From the IMG/VR virus record IMGVR_UViG_3300048591_000212: DNA of 64,000 bases. One strand, written 5' to 3'. Positions 1 to 9,113 of this stretch are shown here, piece after piece; the first letter of the stretch is position 1; every line of letters begins with the position of its first letter. The position numbers were made by a program, and so were the translations under genes. The notes below the pieces were generated by a model that had not been told where the DNA came from, ran no database searches, and worked only from the letters and a program-made list of their open reading frames with translations. The stretch comes from a virus (taxonomy: Duplodnaviria > Heunggongvirae > Uroviricota > Caudoviricetes).

Positions 1-1
1 C

Positions 2-397
2 TTCAGAATCAAGATCAAGGTCGGTGCAAATGGTATGCCGAACTATGAAAGTTCCGCCTTTGAGTCGCCAAGCCCGCTTCTGGGTGGTGATGACGCAAAG
101 CTGGAGGCGATTTACAATCAGCAATATGATCTTGGGGAATTTATTGATCCCAAGAACTACAAGTCCTATGATGAACTCAAGACCAAGCTGATGAAGGTTC
201 TGGGAAAGGGTTCTTCAATCGTTTCGAGACCGAAGACCGCTGAGTCCTTGGGTAACGAAAATGATGAACAGACTTTTGAAGAATTGGCTGCTTCGATGAA
301 GTCTTCGGATTCCAAGATGCCTTGGAAGACCGATGAAGAGGAAACCGAGGAAGATGGGGACGACGAATTGGAATACTTCAAACAATTCCAGTCCTAA
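2..397 (+). CDS. gp32: T4-like ssDNA-binding protein gp32, C-terminal part (5' truncated by the window edge)
   Basis: Open frame from nt 2 (FRIKIKV..PNYESSAF..LEAIYNQQYDL..F..KSYDELKTKL) with an acidic tail ending ELEYFKQF, typical of gp32. Confidence 0.9.
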   Translation, partial: FRIKIKVGANGMPNYESSAFESPSPLLGGDDAKLEAIYNQQYDLGEFIDPKNYKSYDELKTKLMKVLGKGSSIVSRPKTAESLGNENDEQTFEELAASMKSSDSKMPWKTDEEETEEDGDDELEYFKQFQS

Positions 398-412
398 ATA
401 GTGAGGTAATTT

Positions 413-643
413 ATGAACACAAATGGAACAACTCAACTGAAACGTCTGGCTGTTCTCTTTCTGGAAGGAAAGAAGATCACGGTCAGACAGGCGGAAAGTT
501 TTTACGGAATGAAGAATCTTCGGGCAAGAGTCTCGGAACTTCGGGATATGGGTTATGATATCCGTTCTGAGATGGCGAAGATTTCTAAGGACGACACCCG
601 AAAGCGGGCCAGATATTTTCTGGCCCGTCAGAGAGCTTGGTAA
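413..643 (+). CDS. small helix-turn-helix protein
   Basis: 76 aa, ITVRQAESFYGMKNLRARVSELRDMGYDI is a winged-HTH-like pattern; SD gagg upstream. Confidence 0.6.
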   Translation: MNTNGTTQLKRLAVLFLEGKKITVRQAESFYGMKNLRARVSELRDMGYDIRSEMAKISKDDTRKRARYFLARQRAW

Positions 644-687
644 AAGCGAAGAGGCTCTTGAGTGGGCCTTTATTCGCTCCATAAAGT

Positions 688-1113
688 ATGATCAAAATAA
701 AAGGTCTGACATCATCTGAAATCATTCTTCAGAAAATAATTGATAATGACTGTGACGTTGAAGCGGCCATTCAATTCATGAAGAAAGTGTTTTGGTTTGT
801 TTCTATTTCATGGATTGTCTCTATGATTCTGTCTGTGGTTTTTCTTTTCGTGGTACAGTCTGTCTGGGGCTATGTAATATCTTCTATAGTATTCATGGTA
901 TCAACCAGAGCCATATTTCGAATCATGAGACATGTGACTCAGAGCATAGATTATTTGGCCTTGGTGTTCTTGATGTTTTTTCATTTTGCCAGAAATGATG
1001 AGACCTTTACTTTCAAACAATTCATTGAAAGTCTGCCTGAATATTATAAATATAGTATGAAGGACGTTGGTTCTTTTTACTCCGAATATCGAAAGGGGAC
1101 TGAAAATGAATAA
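688..1113 (+). CDS. hypothetical membrane protein
   Basis: 141 aa ORF with 2-3 hydrophobic segments. Confidence 0.6.
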   Translation: MIKIKGLTSSEIILQKIIDNDCDVEAAIQFMKKVFWFVSISWIVSMILSVVFLFVVQSVWGYVISSIVFMVSTRAIFRIMRHVTQSIDYLALVFLMFFHFARNDETFTFKQFIESLPEYYKYSMKDVGSFYSEYRKGTENE

Positions 1114-1357
1114 AACAGATTTTAGGAATATTCTCAATCTTCAGAGAACCTATGTGGTGAGTATTGCGGCGGTCCTTGATTCAATGGAAGATGTTGATCT
1201 AGAAAAAAGAAGAATGTTAGCAGATGACCTGAAGCATATTTGGTTAATGGGAGAAATTCTATCAAAATCTGTTGGGGTTGAACTCGACTCCGTAAATGAT
1301 ATAATTAAAATCGGTGAAGAGATTATAGAGTTACAGAGGATGTATGCTCTCGAATAG
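1106..1357 (+). CDS. hypothetical protein
   Basis: ATG at 1106 with SD aagggg, overlapping the upstream stop. Confidence 0.6.
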   Translation: MNKTDFRNILNLQRTYVVSIAAVLDSMEDVDLEKRRMLADDLKHIWLMGEILSKSVGVELDSVNDIIKIGEEIIELQRMYALE

Positions 1358-1589
1358 ACAGATCGGAACTGAGAATATTCTCGTTGGTGCCAGAACTGGT
1401 CTGGCGACGGCTAAGTTGCGGGAGATTTTGAATAATAGAAATATTCCGTATAGCTATGTTTGTTATGATGATAATAAGGCAAAAATGATAGAACTGAATA
1501 TTCGAACTGTTCCTGTTTTGTTAGTTTTTGTTGATGGAATGTTAACTAAGGTAATGAATTTTTCGGAAGTAAAGAATGGAACGGTTTAG
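1344..1589 (+). CDS. glutaredoxin-like protein lacking CxxC
   Basis: C-terminal NIRTVPVLLVFVDG matches the thioredoxin-fold cis-Pro motif; no redox Cys pair. Confidence 0.45.
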   Translation: MLSNRQIGTENILVGARTGLATAKLREILNNRNIPYSYVCYDDNKAKMIELNIRTVPVLLVFVDGMLTKVMNFSEVKNGTV

Positions 1590-2268
1590 TCAATTTTGTA
1601 AAGGAATTCTTTTTCTGAGTATTGCCGGATGTCTGATTTTTCTGACGTTTGCCGCCAATCAGACTTTGAATAATATTGAGGCGGATGTTCTTAGAACAAC
1701 GGAATTTTCTAGAAATGAGATCAGCCAGCTTCGAGAAGATACTTTTGAATTTCTGGAAACTACTTCAACCCGGCTGGATCGACGAGTGGCCTCAATCGAA
1801 ACGAAAACATTTACTCGGATAGACTCAATTGAGTCCAACACCTTCGCCTCATTGGAAAGAATGGAATCGAATATTAATCGAATTACTGACGAAACCATTC
1901 TGCTGAGTCAGGATTACCGAAAAGTTGCAAACACCGTTGATCGTTTGGAACCATTTTTGAATTGTGAGGAAAATGATTTCTGCTGGCAGAATCTTGCCAC
2001 GGACTCGATGATCTCTTTCAGAAATGTGTCTATTGATGCCAATAAGACTTTTCTTCTGGTGAATGAAAATGTTCCGCGCCTGACTGAAGATTTTACCAGA
2101 ATTTCTAATTCACTTTCTCTTGGAGTTCCGAAAATTGTGGAGAATTCAGGAGAGATCACAAAGAATATTAATGCCCTGACTAAGCCACGCTGGTACGACC
2201 GATTGATTGGTTGGGGCGTAAATAGTAGTCTAATTTGGTTTAATATAAATAGAAGTTTGATTAAGTAG
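1576..2268 (+). CDS. membrane-anchored coiled-coil protein
   Basis: N-terminal TM segment followed by heptad-rich helices. Confidence 0.65.
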   Translation: MERFSQFCKGILFLSIAGCLIFLTFAANQTLNNIEADVLRTTEFSRNEISQLREDTFEFLETTSTRLDRRVASIETKTFTRIDSIESNTFASLERMESNINRITDETILLSQDYRKVANTVDRLEPFLNCEENDFCWQNLATDSMISFRNVSIDANKTFLLVNENVPRLTEDFTRISNSLSLGVPKIVENSGEITKNINALTKPRWYDRLIGWGVNSSLIWFNINRSLIK

Positions 2269-2285
2269 CAGGAGAGAATACACAC

Positions 2286-2660
2286 ATGAATTGGTTAAAG
2301 AATTTGTTTACGTCCGCTAAGGGATTTTTCGTCAAGTTGTTCAGTAAGCAACTGGCGGATGGTATTATGAGAGTAGTTTCGGTGGTTTCGCCTTGGGTGG
2401 TAGAAATTTATCCGATTGTGGTCAGAGTTGCCGAACTTACTCCGACCAGAGCAGATGACGAGATTCTGAAACTGGCGAAAAAGTATGCCCTAAAGTTCAC
2501 CAAGACGACACCGAAGGATTTTGCTTTGAGAGAGATTGCCAAGGCAATGTTTAAGGCAGAGATTCCTGAAGGCGCGAATACTCAGGATTATATTCTAAAT
2601 CTTGCTATCGAAATGGCCTATGCCAAGTTCAAGCAAGAGACCACTCAGCAACCACAATAA
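2286..2660 (+). CDS. hypothetical protein
   Basis: 124 aa ORF, SD ggag. Confidence 0.65.
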   Translation: MNWLKNLFTSAKGFFVKLFSKQLADGIMRVVSVVSPWVVEIYPIVVRVAELTPTRADDEILKLAKKYALKFTKTTPKDFALREIAKAMFKAEIPEGANTQDYILNLAIEMAYAKFKQETTQQPQ

Positions 2661-2694
2661 ATTTAGATTATGACATATTTGAAATACAGGAAAT

Positions 2695-2940
2695 ATGTCA
2701 CAGGAATTATATAACAAAAAAGAAATCGCGGAGTTCAGACACATGAGAAAGTGGTATGAATTTCTGAGAACATTAGAGACCGAGGGTGGAGCAGTAGTTG
2801 TCTTAATGATGATTCTGGTGCTGTTCTTTGTTCCATCTTTATACGGATTTGTCTGGGCCAAGGAACACATGGTTTTGATTCTTGGGGCAATTCTTGGTCT
2901 ACTGAAATCGAATGTTAAGACTGAAAAAAAGGATGATTAA
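2695..2940 (+). CDS. small two-TM membrane protein (holin-like, speculative)
   Basis: Two hydrophobic segments and a basic C-terminus. Confidence 0.45.
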   Translation: MSQELYNKKEIAEFRHMRKWYEFLRTLETEGGAVVVLMMILVLFFVPSLYGFVWAKEHMVLILGAILGLLKSNVKTEKKDD

Positions 2941-3449
2941 TGAAACAAATTCTTGGTTATTATAAGTGCCGTTCGGAGGCCGAGGCTCCGGTGTTTGGTA
3001 CAGGAGAATCGGCCTGCTTTGATATTAAGGCACATCTGAAGTTTGGGGATAAAGTTAAACTGTTCACACAGTTCAATAAGGAAATGACTTCAGTCATTCG
3101 GGAAAACGGAAGTATTATTCTAAAGCCGGGTGATAGAGTCTTGGTTCCAACTGGTCTCGTTTTTGATATTCCTGTCGGATATAGTGTGAGGCTTCATGCT
3201 CGTTCGGGTCTGTCCCTGAAAAGCGGCCTTCTCTTGGCGAACTCTGAGGCGGTTATTGATTCGGATTATTTTAATGAAACATTCATTTTGCTCTATAACA
3301 GGTCCGAAACAACGGTCACGGTTTCGGATGGTGACCGCATTGCTCAGGGAGAACTGGTGGCGGTGACTCCGACCGAACTAAGAGAAGTTCCATTGGCCCC
3401 GGCCCAAAGAACGGATCGAGTTGGTGGATTTGGATCTACTGGTAATTAG
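2940..3449 (+). CDS. dut: dUTPase (trimeric type)
   Basis: Motifs ACFDIKA, HARSGL, VIDSDY, RIAQG, RVGGFGSTG. Confidence 0.96.
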   Translation: MKQILGYYKCRSEAEAPVFGTGESACFDIKAHLKFGDKVKLFTQFNKEMTSVIRENGSIILKPGDRVLVPTGLVFDIPVGYSVRLHARSGLSLKSGLLLANSEAVIDSDYFNETFILLYNRSETTVTVSDGDRIAQGELVAVTPTELREVPLAPAQRTDRVGGFGSTGN

Positions 3450-3451
3450 TC

Positions 3452-4504
3452 ATGAAGTATATCATAAACAGAGATAGTTCTGGGCCACGCGAGTTGGATT
3501 TTTCTGACGTTTTAATTTCGCCCCAATTTGGGCCTGATAATGACATTATCAATTCCCGGAAGGATGTTGGATTGATTGTAAATCGATTCAATAAAACAGA
3601 TACTTGTCAGTGGTCGGGTGTGCCGATCATTGCCGCAAACATGACAAAGATTGGAACATTTGAGGTTGCCGAGATTCTTCAAAAGTTCAGAATGTTAACT
3701 GCCCTTCATAAGTTCTATTCGGTAAATGATTATATAAACCAGAAAATTGGCGACAAGATCGATCCAGAGCATCTAATGGTTTCATGTGGCTCATCAATAG
3801 ATGATGTGGAACGATGCTCGGACATTTTGGATTGGTTTGGGAGCGAGATTAAATTTATTTGTCTGGATGTGGCAAACGGTTATACTCCTCGTTTTCGTGA
3901 GGCCATGGGAATTCTGAGAGATAGATATCCCACCCATATTATTGTTGCCGGGAATGTTGCTGTTTTGGAATCACGTCCATTCCCAGTCACTAATTTGGAG
4001 GCCGTCGATATTATGAAAAACTGTGATTATTTGAAAGTTGGAATAGGTTCTGGTTCGGTATGTACTACTCGCATTATGAGCGGAGTAGGATATCCTCAAT
4101 TTTCATTAATTGAAGAAACTACGAGATACGCCAGTGTGGTATCAGACGGCGGCTGCGTCTATCCCGGTGACATTGCCAAGGCTTTCGGTATTGGAGCATC
4201 TTTCGTGATGATCGGTGGCCTGTTGGCAAATCATATCGAAACTGGTTCAGAATATTACGGAATGTCTTCAACTCATGCCAGAAAAACACATTTTCAGGAA
4301 ATGACTGACTATCGAGCTTCGGAAGGAAGGTATATTCAGTTCGAAAAGGAACCAGAAAGACACCTAGAAGAGACGATTACTGAGATTCTTGGTGGCCTAA
4401 GATCGGCTCTCACCTATACCGGGCACGCAACTTTAGACGACTTCATTGAAGGGGATCTGGCCTTTCGTCTTGTAAACCGTACTCACAATACTATGTTTGG
4501 TTGA
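3452..4504 (+). CDS. guaC: GMP reductase
   Basis: LDFSDVLI, PIIAANM, CLDVANGY, KVGIGSGSVCTTR, GVGYPQ, SDGGC, YGMSS, YRASEG, LGGLRSALTY. Confidence 0.92.
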   Translation: MKYIINRDSSGPRELDFSDVLISPQFGPDNDIINSRKDVGLIVNRFNKTDTCQWSGVPIIAANMTKIGTFEVAEILQKFRMLTALHKFYSVNDYINQKIGDKIDPEHLMVSCGSSIDDVERCSDILDWFGSEIKFICLDVANGYTPRFREAMGILRDRYPTHIIVAGNVAVLESRPFPVTNLEAVDIMKNCDYLKVGIGSGSVCTTRIMSGVGYPQFSLIEETTRYASVVSDGGCVYPGDIAKAFGIGASFVMIGGLLANHIETGSEYYGMSSTHARKTHFQEMTDYRASEGRYIQFEKEPERHLEETITEILGGLRSALTYTGHATLDDFIEGDLAFRLVNRTHNTMFG

Positions 4505-4516
4505 GAAAATTGTTAT

Positions 4517-4524
4517 TATAAATA
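4517..4524 (+). promoter_or_regulatory. T4-type late promoter TATAAATA
   Basis: Exact TATAAATA in the intergenic gap upstream of 4568; gp55 is encoded in the window. Confidence 0.7.
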
Positions 4525-4567
4525 TAGATGAATGTATTCAAAAATATCTAGGAGATAATAACAAACT

Positions 4568-5074
4568 ATGGCAAGATGGGGCAAGAAAGAAAAGCTGGAC
4601 CTAATTGGTTCTGTTAGACTGACAACTGGTTCTGCAACTGTTCTTGGGGCAACAGGACCAAACATGGTAGCCGGATCGACCGGACCAACACAATTTTTAA
4701 CACAAGTAAAGGCCGGAAATACTATTACGGTTCCTCTGGCTGCGGCAACTGGAGTCTTCGTGGTGGCCTCGGTTGAGTCGAACACTTCTTTGACTCTTAC
4801 CGAAAATGTCACCGGAGCAACAGGCGTTTATGTGACTGGTGCCTTCGCAACACAGGTTCCAAATTATCTGTCTGATGCAGAAAAGAAAGAGAGTGTTTTC
4901 GGTGTTGATATTACTGAAGCTGGCGTTACTCCTGTGGCTCATGCTGGTTGGGTAAAGGTAACTCACGGAACCGGAAACCGGACGGGCAGAGTAAAGCGCG
5001 AAACTTTGGTCGCCATGGGTGTTCCGGCAGCGGAAATGGGTGATGCGGAAGACACAGAATTTCCAAATTCCTAA
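4568..5074 (+). CDS. probable virion structural protein
   Basis: Late promoter and SD ggag; Gly/Thr-rich beta-type sequence with GATG motifs; ends AEDTEFPNS. Confidence 0.6.
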   Translation: MARWGKKEKLDLIGSVRLTTGSATVLGATGPNMVAGSTGPTQFLTQVKAGNTITVPLAAATGVFVVASVESNTSLTLTENVTGATGVYVTGAFATQVPNYLSDAEKKESVFGVDITEAGVTPVAHAGWVKVTHGTGNRTGRVKRETLVAMGVPAAEMGDAEDTEFPNS

Positions 5075-5081
5075 GTCTTTT

Positions 5082-5113
5082 TATTTGACACAGAAGGAAT
5101 TTTGTGTCAAATA
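5082..5113. promoter_or_regulatory. 11-bp perfect inverted repeat (hairpin) covering the next start region
   Basis: tatttgacaca-[gaaggaattt]-tgtgtcaaata; the GTG at 5104 lies in the 3' arm. Confidence 0.55.
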
Positions 5114-6789
5114 CTATACATAAACCTATGCAAAATATTCTATTAGAATTTCCGGTCCAAAATATAGAACGAACTGTTATCTTCATGGCTGGATCTCCAG
5201 CATCAGGAAAGTCGGAACTGGTTGAGCAATTAAAGAGCGTTTTTGGATTTATTGAGATAAATCCAGATATATTTCAGGAGTTATTGAATAAGACAAAAAT
5301 TGTTTCTGATACCCTCGTTCTAAAAAAACTTCGCATGGCTGTCGAGGCTGGGAAAGGAATAATCGTAAACTACACCGGAAAGTCGGGGCAATACGATAAC
5401 CTGATTCCAGAAATAGAAAAGCATGGCTATCGCTCGTTTATGATATACATGTGGATAGATGATATGGAAATCCTGAAAAGACGAGAAACAAAGCGGGCCG
5501 AAAAGATAAACAGGAAGGTCGATCCAGAGTATCTTTCAAATGTGTTTAAGTCTATTCAATGGAATATGAAGAAATATAAGGACTTATTCACTAAAAATGG
5601 ACGCGGGTTCTTTCTCTTCAATTCATTTCATGATTTGGATTCTGTCGAGTATACCGAACAGTCTAACCTATTATTCAATAAATTGAATAGGTGGCTGCTG
5701 GCAGATAATCAAAGTCCAACGAACGATCCCACAAAGAAAAAATTTTTGAGACATATCATATCTGAAGATGAACAGAAAAAACTGATCACTCAAGATATCA
5801 TAGAGACAATTAAGGAAGAGTGTTCTGACTTCTTTCAGCAATTGGGCGACGGTCTGTTATATCGAGGAGTTCCGGGTGGGGATGATGACTTCTTGTATCA
5901 GGAATACCCAACAAATAGAAAACCTACTGCCTCGTCTGAGGAATTTCATAATTTTCTGAATAAAGTTTTCAAGGCAAAGGGATTTAAGACGAATAGATCG
6001 AATTCAGTTTTTTGTACTGGAGACTGGACCGAAGCGGCCTCCTATGGTAATGTTTATGTGGTCTTTCCTAAAAATGGATTCAATTTTCTTTGGTCTCCGA
6101 AGATAACAGACGCATACAATAACCCCGCTATATTTAAGGAAACAAAAATAGGCAAAAAGATTTATGACACTCTTGATTCCTTAATGAATAAAATACCATA
6201 TCATGACACCTTTGACATAAAATATCATCTATCGGCCACATGTGGCATCGTTTTGCGTAGCGTGCTTCTTTTTAGTTATGGATTGTTTGGAAAACCTCCC
6301 ATCTATTTTTATGGGTCTGGAGACAAATATTCCAAAAACTTATTTACTAGTAATCCAAAGTACGAAATCATCGCAGATGGTGCTACCATACATGACGTTT
6401 TTCCGTTCATTGAGAATCTGAGTGATCCGTCCGGTCTTCCAAATAAAGAGATAATCGAAAAACATGTTCATGACTTCTTGAGTAAAACAACACAGAAAAG
6501 TAAATTTTCAACAGAATACATAAACATGACTGGTGACATTTTTGATATGTTGCTGATGTTTTTTTTGAATAAGTTTTTACCGAAATCGAAAACCGAAAAA
6601 CTGCCAGATATTTCTCCTAGTGAAATAGATGTTGATTATAGAGAAAATGATGATCTATATGCAGCTATGGCCTCAAGAAACGAAATAATGCTCTCTGGTT
6701 CGGATGGTGTGTATCTGATTAGGAACGGGTCATCTTTATTGGATGAAGTATTAGATGCGGCTGCTGATGCAAATAGAAGACGAAAGTAA
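5104..6789 (+). CDS. P-loop kinase (zeta-toxin/AAA_33-like) fused to an ADP-ribosyltransferase-like domain
   Basis: N-domain MAGSPASGKS..INPD; C-domain LLYRG..RSNSVFCTG..YGNVYVVFP..NEIML (R-S-E-like triad); ILLE and IISE sites. Confidence 0.6.
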   Translation: MSNTIHKPMQNILLEFPVQNIERTVIFMAGSPASGKSELVEQLKSVFGFIEINPDIFQELLNKTKIVSDTLVLKKLRMAVEAGKGIIVNYTGKSGQYDNLIPEIEKHGYRSFMIYMWIDDMEILKRRETKRAEKINRKVDPEYLSNVFKSIQWNMKKYKDLFTKNGRGFFLFNSFHDLDSVEYTEQSNLLFNKLNRWLLADNQSPTNDPTKKKFLRHIISEDEQKKLITQDIIETIKEECSDFFQQLGDGLLYRGVPGGDDDFLYQEYPTNRKPTASSEEFHNFLNKVFKAKGFKTNRSNSVFCTGDWTEAASYGNVYVVFPKNGFNFLWSPKITDAYNNPAIFKETKIGKKIYDTLDSLMNKIPYHDTFDIKYHLSATCGIVLRSVLLFSYGLFGKPPIYFYGSGDKYSKNLFTSNPKYEIIADGATIHDVFPFIENLSDPSGLPNKEIIEKHVHDFLSKTTQKSKFSTEYINMTGDIFDMLLMFFLNKFLPKSKTEKLPDISPSEIDVDYRENDDLYAAMASRNEIMLSGSDGVYLIRNGSSLLDEVLDAAADANRRRK

Positions 6790-6814
6790 TCGGTGTCGGC
6801 CCAAATTAAACCTA

Positions 6815-6845
6815 TTGACAAACACATCAAACTGTGATATAAATA
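6815..6845 (+). promoter_or_regulatory. sigma70-type promoter overlapping a late promoter
   Basis: TTGACA-17-TG-a-TATAAA; the -10 box extends into TATAAATA. Confidence 0.75.
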
Positions 6846-6928
6846 GATCATGATAGGAACGTGTTCAAAGAAATGAAGTGTTCCACTTAAATATAAACTC
6901 GCTTAAAGAAAAAAGGAGAACAAACACT

Positions 6929-7327
6929 ATGTTTATTCATTCAACTACCTATGACTACCTGAATCAGATTGAGAAGTATTGGGGTTCAACCATTGAGAAG
7001 TTGAGTCTGCCGTCCTCAATCGAAAAGAACGCTGACCGCACGAAAATGAGAATTAAGATCGCTGCGGCTGGTTTTTCAAAGGACGAGCTTTCCGTCTCGA
7101 CTTATGATAACATTCTGGTTGTTAAGGGAGAAAAGAAGACCAAGGAAAAGACCGACGAATTTGTTTGTTTTTCCGGCAATCTCGCATTTCGGGATTTTGA
7201 GAAGAGATTCACTCTCGGAGAACACGTTGAGGTCGCGGACGTGAGGTTCGAAAATGGTCTGCTGATTATTCAGCTTGAGGTCCGACTGCCGGAATCCAAG
7301 AGACCAAAAACCTTCAATATTCGTTAA
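6929..7327 (+). CDS. small heat-shock protein Hsp20
   Basis: IKIAAAGFSKDELSV..LVVKGEK..AFRDFEKRFTL..ADVRFENGLLII..PESKRPK; SD aaggag before ATG 6929. Confidence 0.92.
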   Translation: MFIHSTTYDYLNQIEKYWGSTIEKLSLPSSIEKNADRTKMRIKIAAAGFSKDELSVSTYDNILVVKGEKKTKEKTDEFVCFSGNLAFRDFEKRFTLGEHVEVADVRFENGLLIIQLEVRLPESKRPKTFNIR

Positions 7328-7339
7328 TACCGCGTAATT

Positions 7340-7372
7340 AAAGGAAAGAGCAAAGGAATTTCTCTTTCCTTT
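7340..7372 (+). terminator. hairpin (terminator or RBS-occluding structure)
   Basis: Perfect 11-bp stem aaaggaaagag/ctctttccttt, loop caaaggaattt, 2 nt before ATG 7375. Confidence 0.5.
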
Positions 7373-7374
7373 CT

Positions 7375-7932
7375 ATGTACCACAAAATTATTGATTTCTT
7401 CGAAAATATTAGATGGTGGTTTGTCCATAGGTTGCATCCTAAAAAGAAATATCATCTAGTTGATACCAAACTGAAGCCGGGTTACTATGACAAGGATAAG
7501 CTGATGCTTCATGCCAATTTTTCCTTGCTTCAGGATTTTGTTGAAATTGAGTGTGCCGCTTTGTATAATATCATGGAAGACAAGCCCAAAAAGTTGCATC
7601 CCGGTTCCGCTGGTCTAATGCACATCGACGAAATGATTGAATTATACCAGAACATGAAATCCGGCACCAAGAAGTTTCGGCAGGATCGAATTAAGATGTA
7701 CGAGACAATGAAAAGTCTGTACTTGTGGTGGATGATTGAGCGGCCCAATCGAGTTGATCCTTATGAGAATTTTTCGGAATTTGTGCGATTCGAAAATGGC
7801 AAGCTCACCTACTCGGATGATAAGTCCAAGCAGAATATTGATGCTGCCGGAAAACTGGAAGCTCAATACGAAAAGGAAGATACCGAAAAGCTGATTGCTC
7901 TCATGAGAATTCGTCCCTATCTCTGGACCTAA
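7375..7932 (+). CDS. hypothetical phage protein
   Basis: 185 aa, ends LIALMRIRPYLWT. Confidence 0.7.
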   Translation: MYHKIIDFFENIRWWFVHRLHPKKKYHLVDTKLKPGYYDKDKLMLHANFSLLQDFVEIECAALYNIMEDKPKKLHPGSAGLMHIDEMIELYQNMKSGTKKFRQDRIKMYETMKSLYLWWMIERPNRVDPYENFSEFVRFENGKLTYSDDKSKQNIDAAGKLEAQYEKEDTEKLIALMRIRPYLWT

Positions 7933-7945
7933 ATATTGACTGAAT

Positions 7946-8554
7946 ATGAGACAAACTATAGAAAAGGTTCTCGACGAATTTGGAGTAACCGATAAATTCC
8001 TACGAGCAGCGATTCTGGCTAATATCGAAAAAGAATCTGGCCTGAAACCAATAGAAGAAAATCTGAACTATTCGCGTACATCGAATGAGCGCATTCGGAA
8101 AATCTTTACGACCAGAGTATCCCATCTTTCTGATTCGGAATTGGATTCGGTAAAGAAGAATGTTCCTCAATTTGCCGAACTGATCTACGGGCATAATACT
8201 CGAATCGGAAAAGGAATGGGGAACCTTCAGGAGGGGGATGGTTGGATGTATCGGGGGCGAGGATTCATTCAGATTACGGGACGGGCAAACTATAAGAGAA
8301 TTGGGGACATGATTGGAGTGAATCTGGTTCAAAGTCCTGACCTACTTATTTCAGATCCTTCGATTTCGGCCAAGGCATCGATTCAGTTTATCATGAATGA
8401 TCTTTCCAAGAAGTCTGGATTTACATCGTCAGAGGAAGCCAACCGTGCCGTTACTCAGGTAATCGGTGGACGCGGCCTGAGCCTCAATGCTGGCTATGGT
8501 AAGGAACTTTTGGATAAGGTGAATTCTCTTTCTAAGAAATACCTCACTACTTGA
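7946..8554 (+). CDS. glycoside hydrolase family 19 (endolysin-like)
   Basis: ANIEKESGL..EENLNY..DGWMYRGRGFIQITGRANY. Confidence 0.9.
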   Translation: MRQTIEKVLDEFGVTDKFLRAAILANIEKESGLKPIEENLNYSRTSNERIRKIFTTRVSHLSDSELDSVKKNVPQFAELIYGHNTRIGKGMGNLQEGDGWMYRGRGFIQITGRANYKRIGDMIGVNLVQSPDLLISDPSISAKASIQFIMNDLSKKSGFTSSEEANRAVTQVIGGRGLSLNAGYGKELLDKVNSLSKKYLTT

Positions 8555-8579
8555 CATTCCAGTCGTAGTGTGTTATAAT
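8551..8579 (+). promoter_or_regulatory. consensus sigma70 early promoter
   Basis: TTGACA-17-TG-t-TATAAT; ATG 8586 is 7 nt downstream. Confidence 0.85.
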
Positions 8580-8585
8580 ATTAGA

Positions 8586-9071
8586 ATGAACATCTTTCAT
8601 CTCGACGAAGACTTCGAGCAGTCTGCCGCCTATCACATTGACAAACATATCGTCAAGATTCCTCTGGAGTGTGCCCAGATGTTGTCCACGGCTAACCGTT
8701 CTCTGGGGCTGAATGAGGGCTACAGGTCGGCCTATCTCAATCATCCCATGACGGTCTGGTCCCGGACTTGTATCGAGAACTGGCTTTGGATGAAGTCGTA
8801 TGCTCTGGCTCTAAATGAGGAGTGGCGGTTTAGGTATGATCATTCCCATAACCACAAGGCAATTCAGATGATTCTCAGTCTTACCGAACCTTTGGGTCTG
8901 CTGCCGAGCCTTGGACGCATTACTCTTCATCCTCTGTGTATGCCGGAATATTGTCAAATTCCCGGCAACACAGTTGAGTCCTATCGAAATTATTATATTT
9001 TGGAAAAATCCAAAATTGCTTCTTGGAAATCTCCGCGCACTCAGCCGGAATGGTTTTCTCCCCGAATTTGA
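8586..9071 (+). CDS. pyrimidine-dimer DNA glycosylase / endonuclease V-like protein
   Basis: MNIFHLD..DKHIVKIPLECAQMLST..HPMTVW..P.CMPE..YRNYY..W..R..PEWF. Confidence 0.85.
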   Translation: MNIFHLDEDFEQSAAYHIDKHIVKIPLECAQMLSTANRSLGLNEGYRSAYLNHPMTVWSRTCIENWLWMKSYALALNEEWRFRYDHSHNHKAIQMILSLTEPLGLLPSLGRITLHPLCMPEYCQIPGNTVESYRNYYILEKSKIASWKSPRTQPEWFSPRI

Positions 9072-9103
9072 ATATAGACAAATTAGCGGCATTATGCTAC
9101 TAT
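9071..9103 (+). promoter_or_regulatory. candidate middle-class promoter (AATATAGACAAAT box)
   Basis: TAGACA-17-TG-c-TACTAT; the same 13-mer occurs at 29396 and 52085. Confidence 0.65.
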
Positions 9104-9113
9104 AGAAAGGAAT

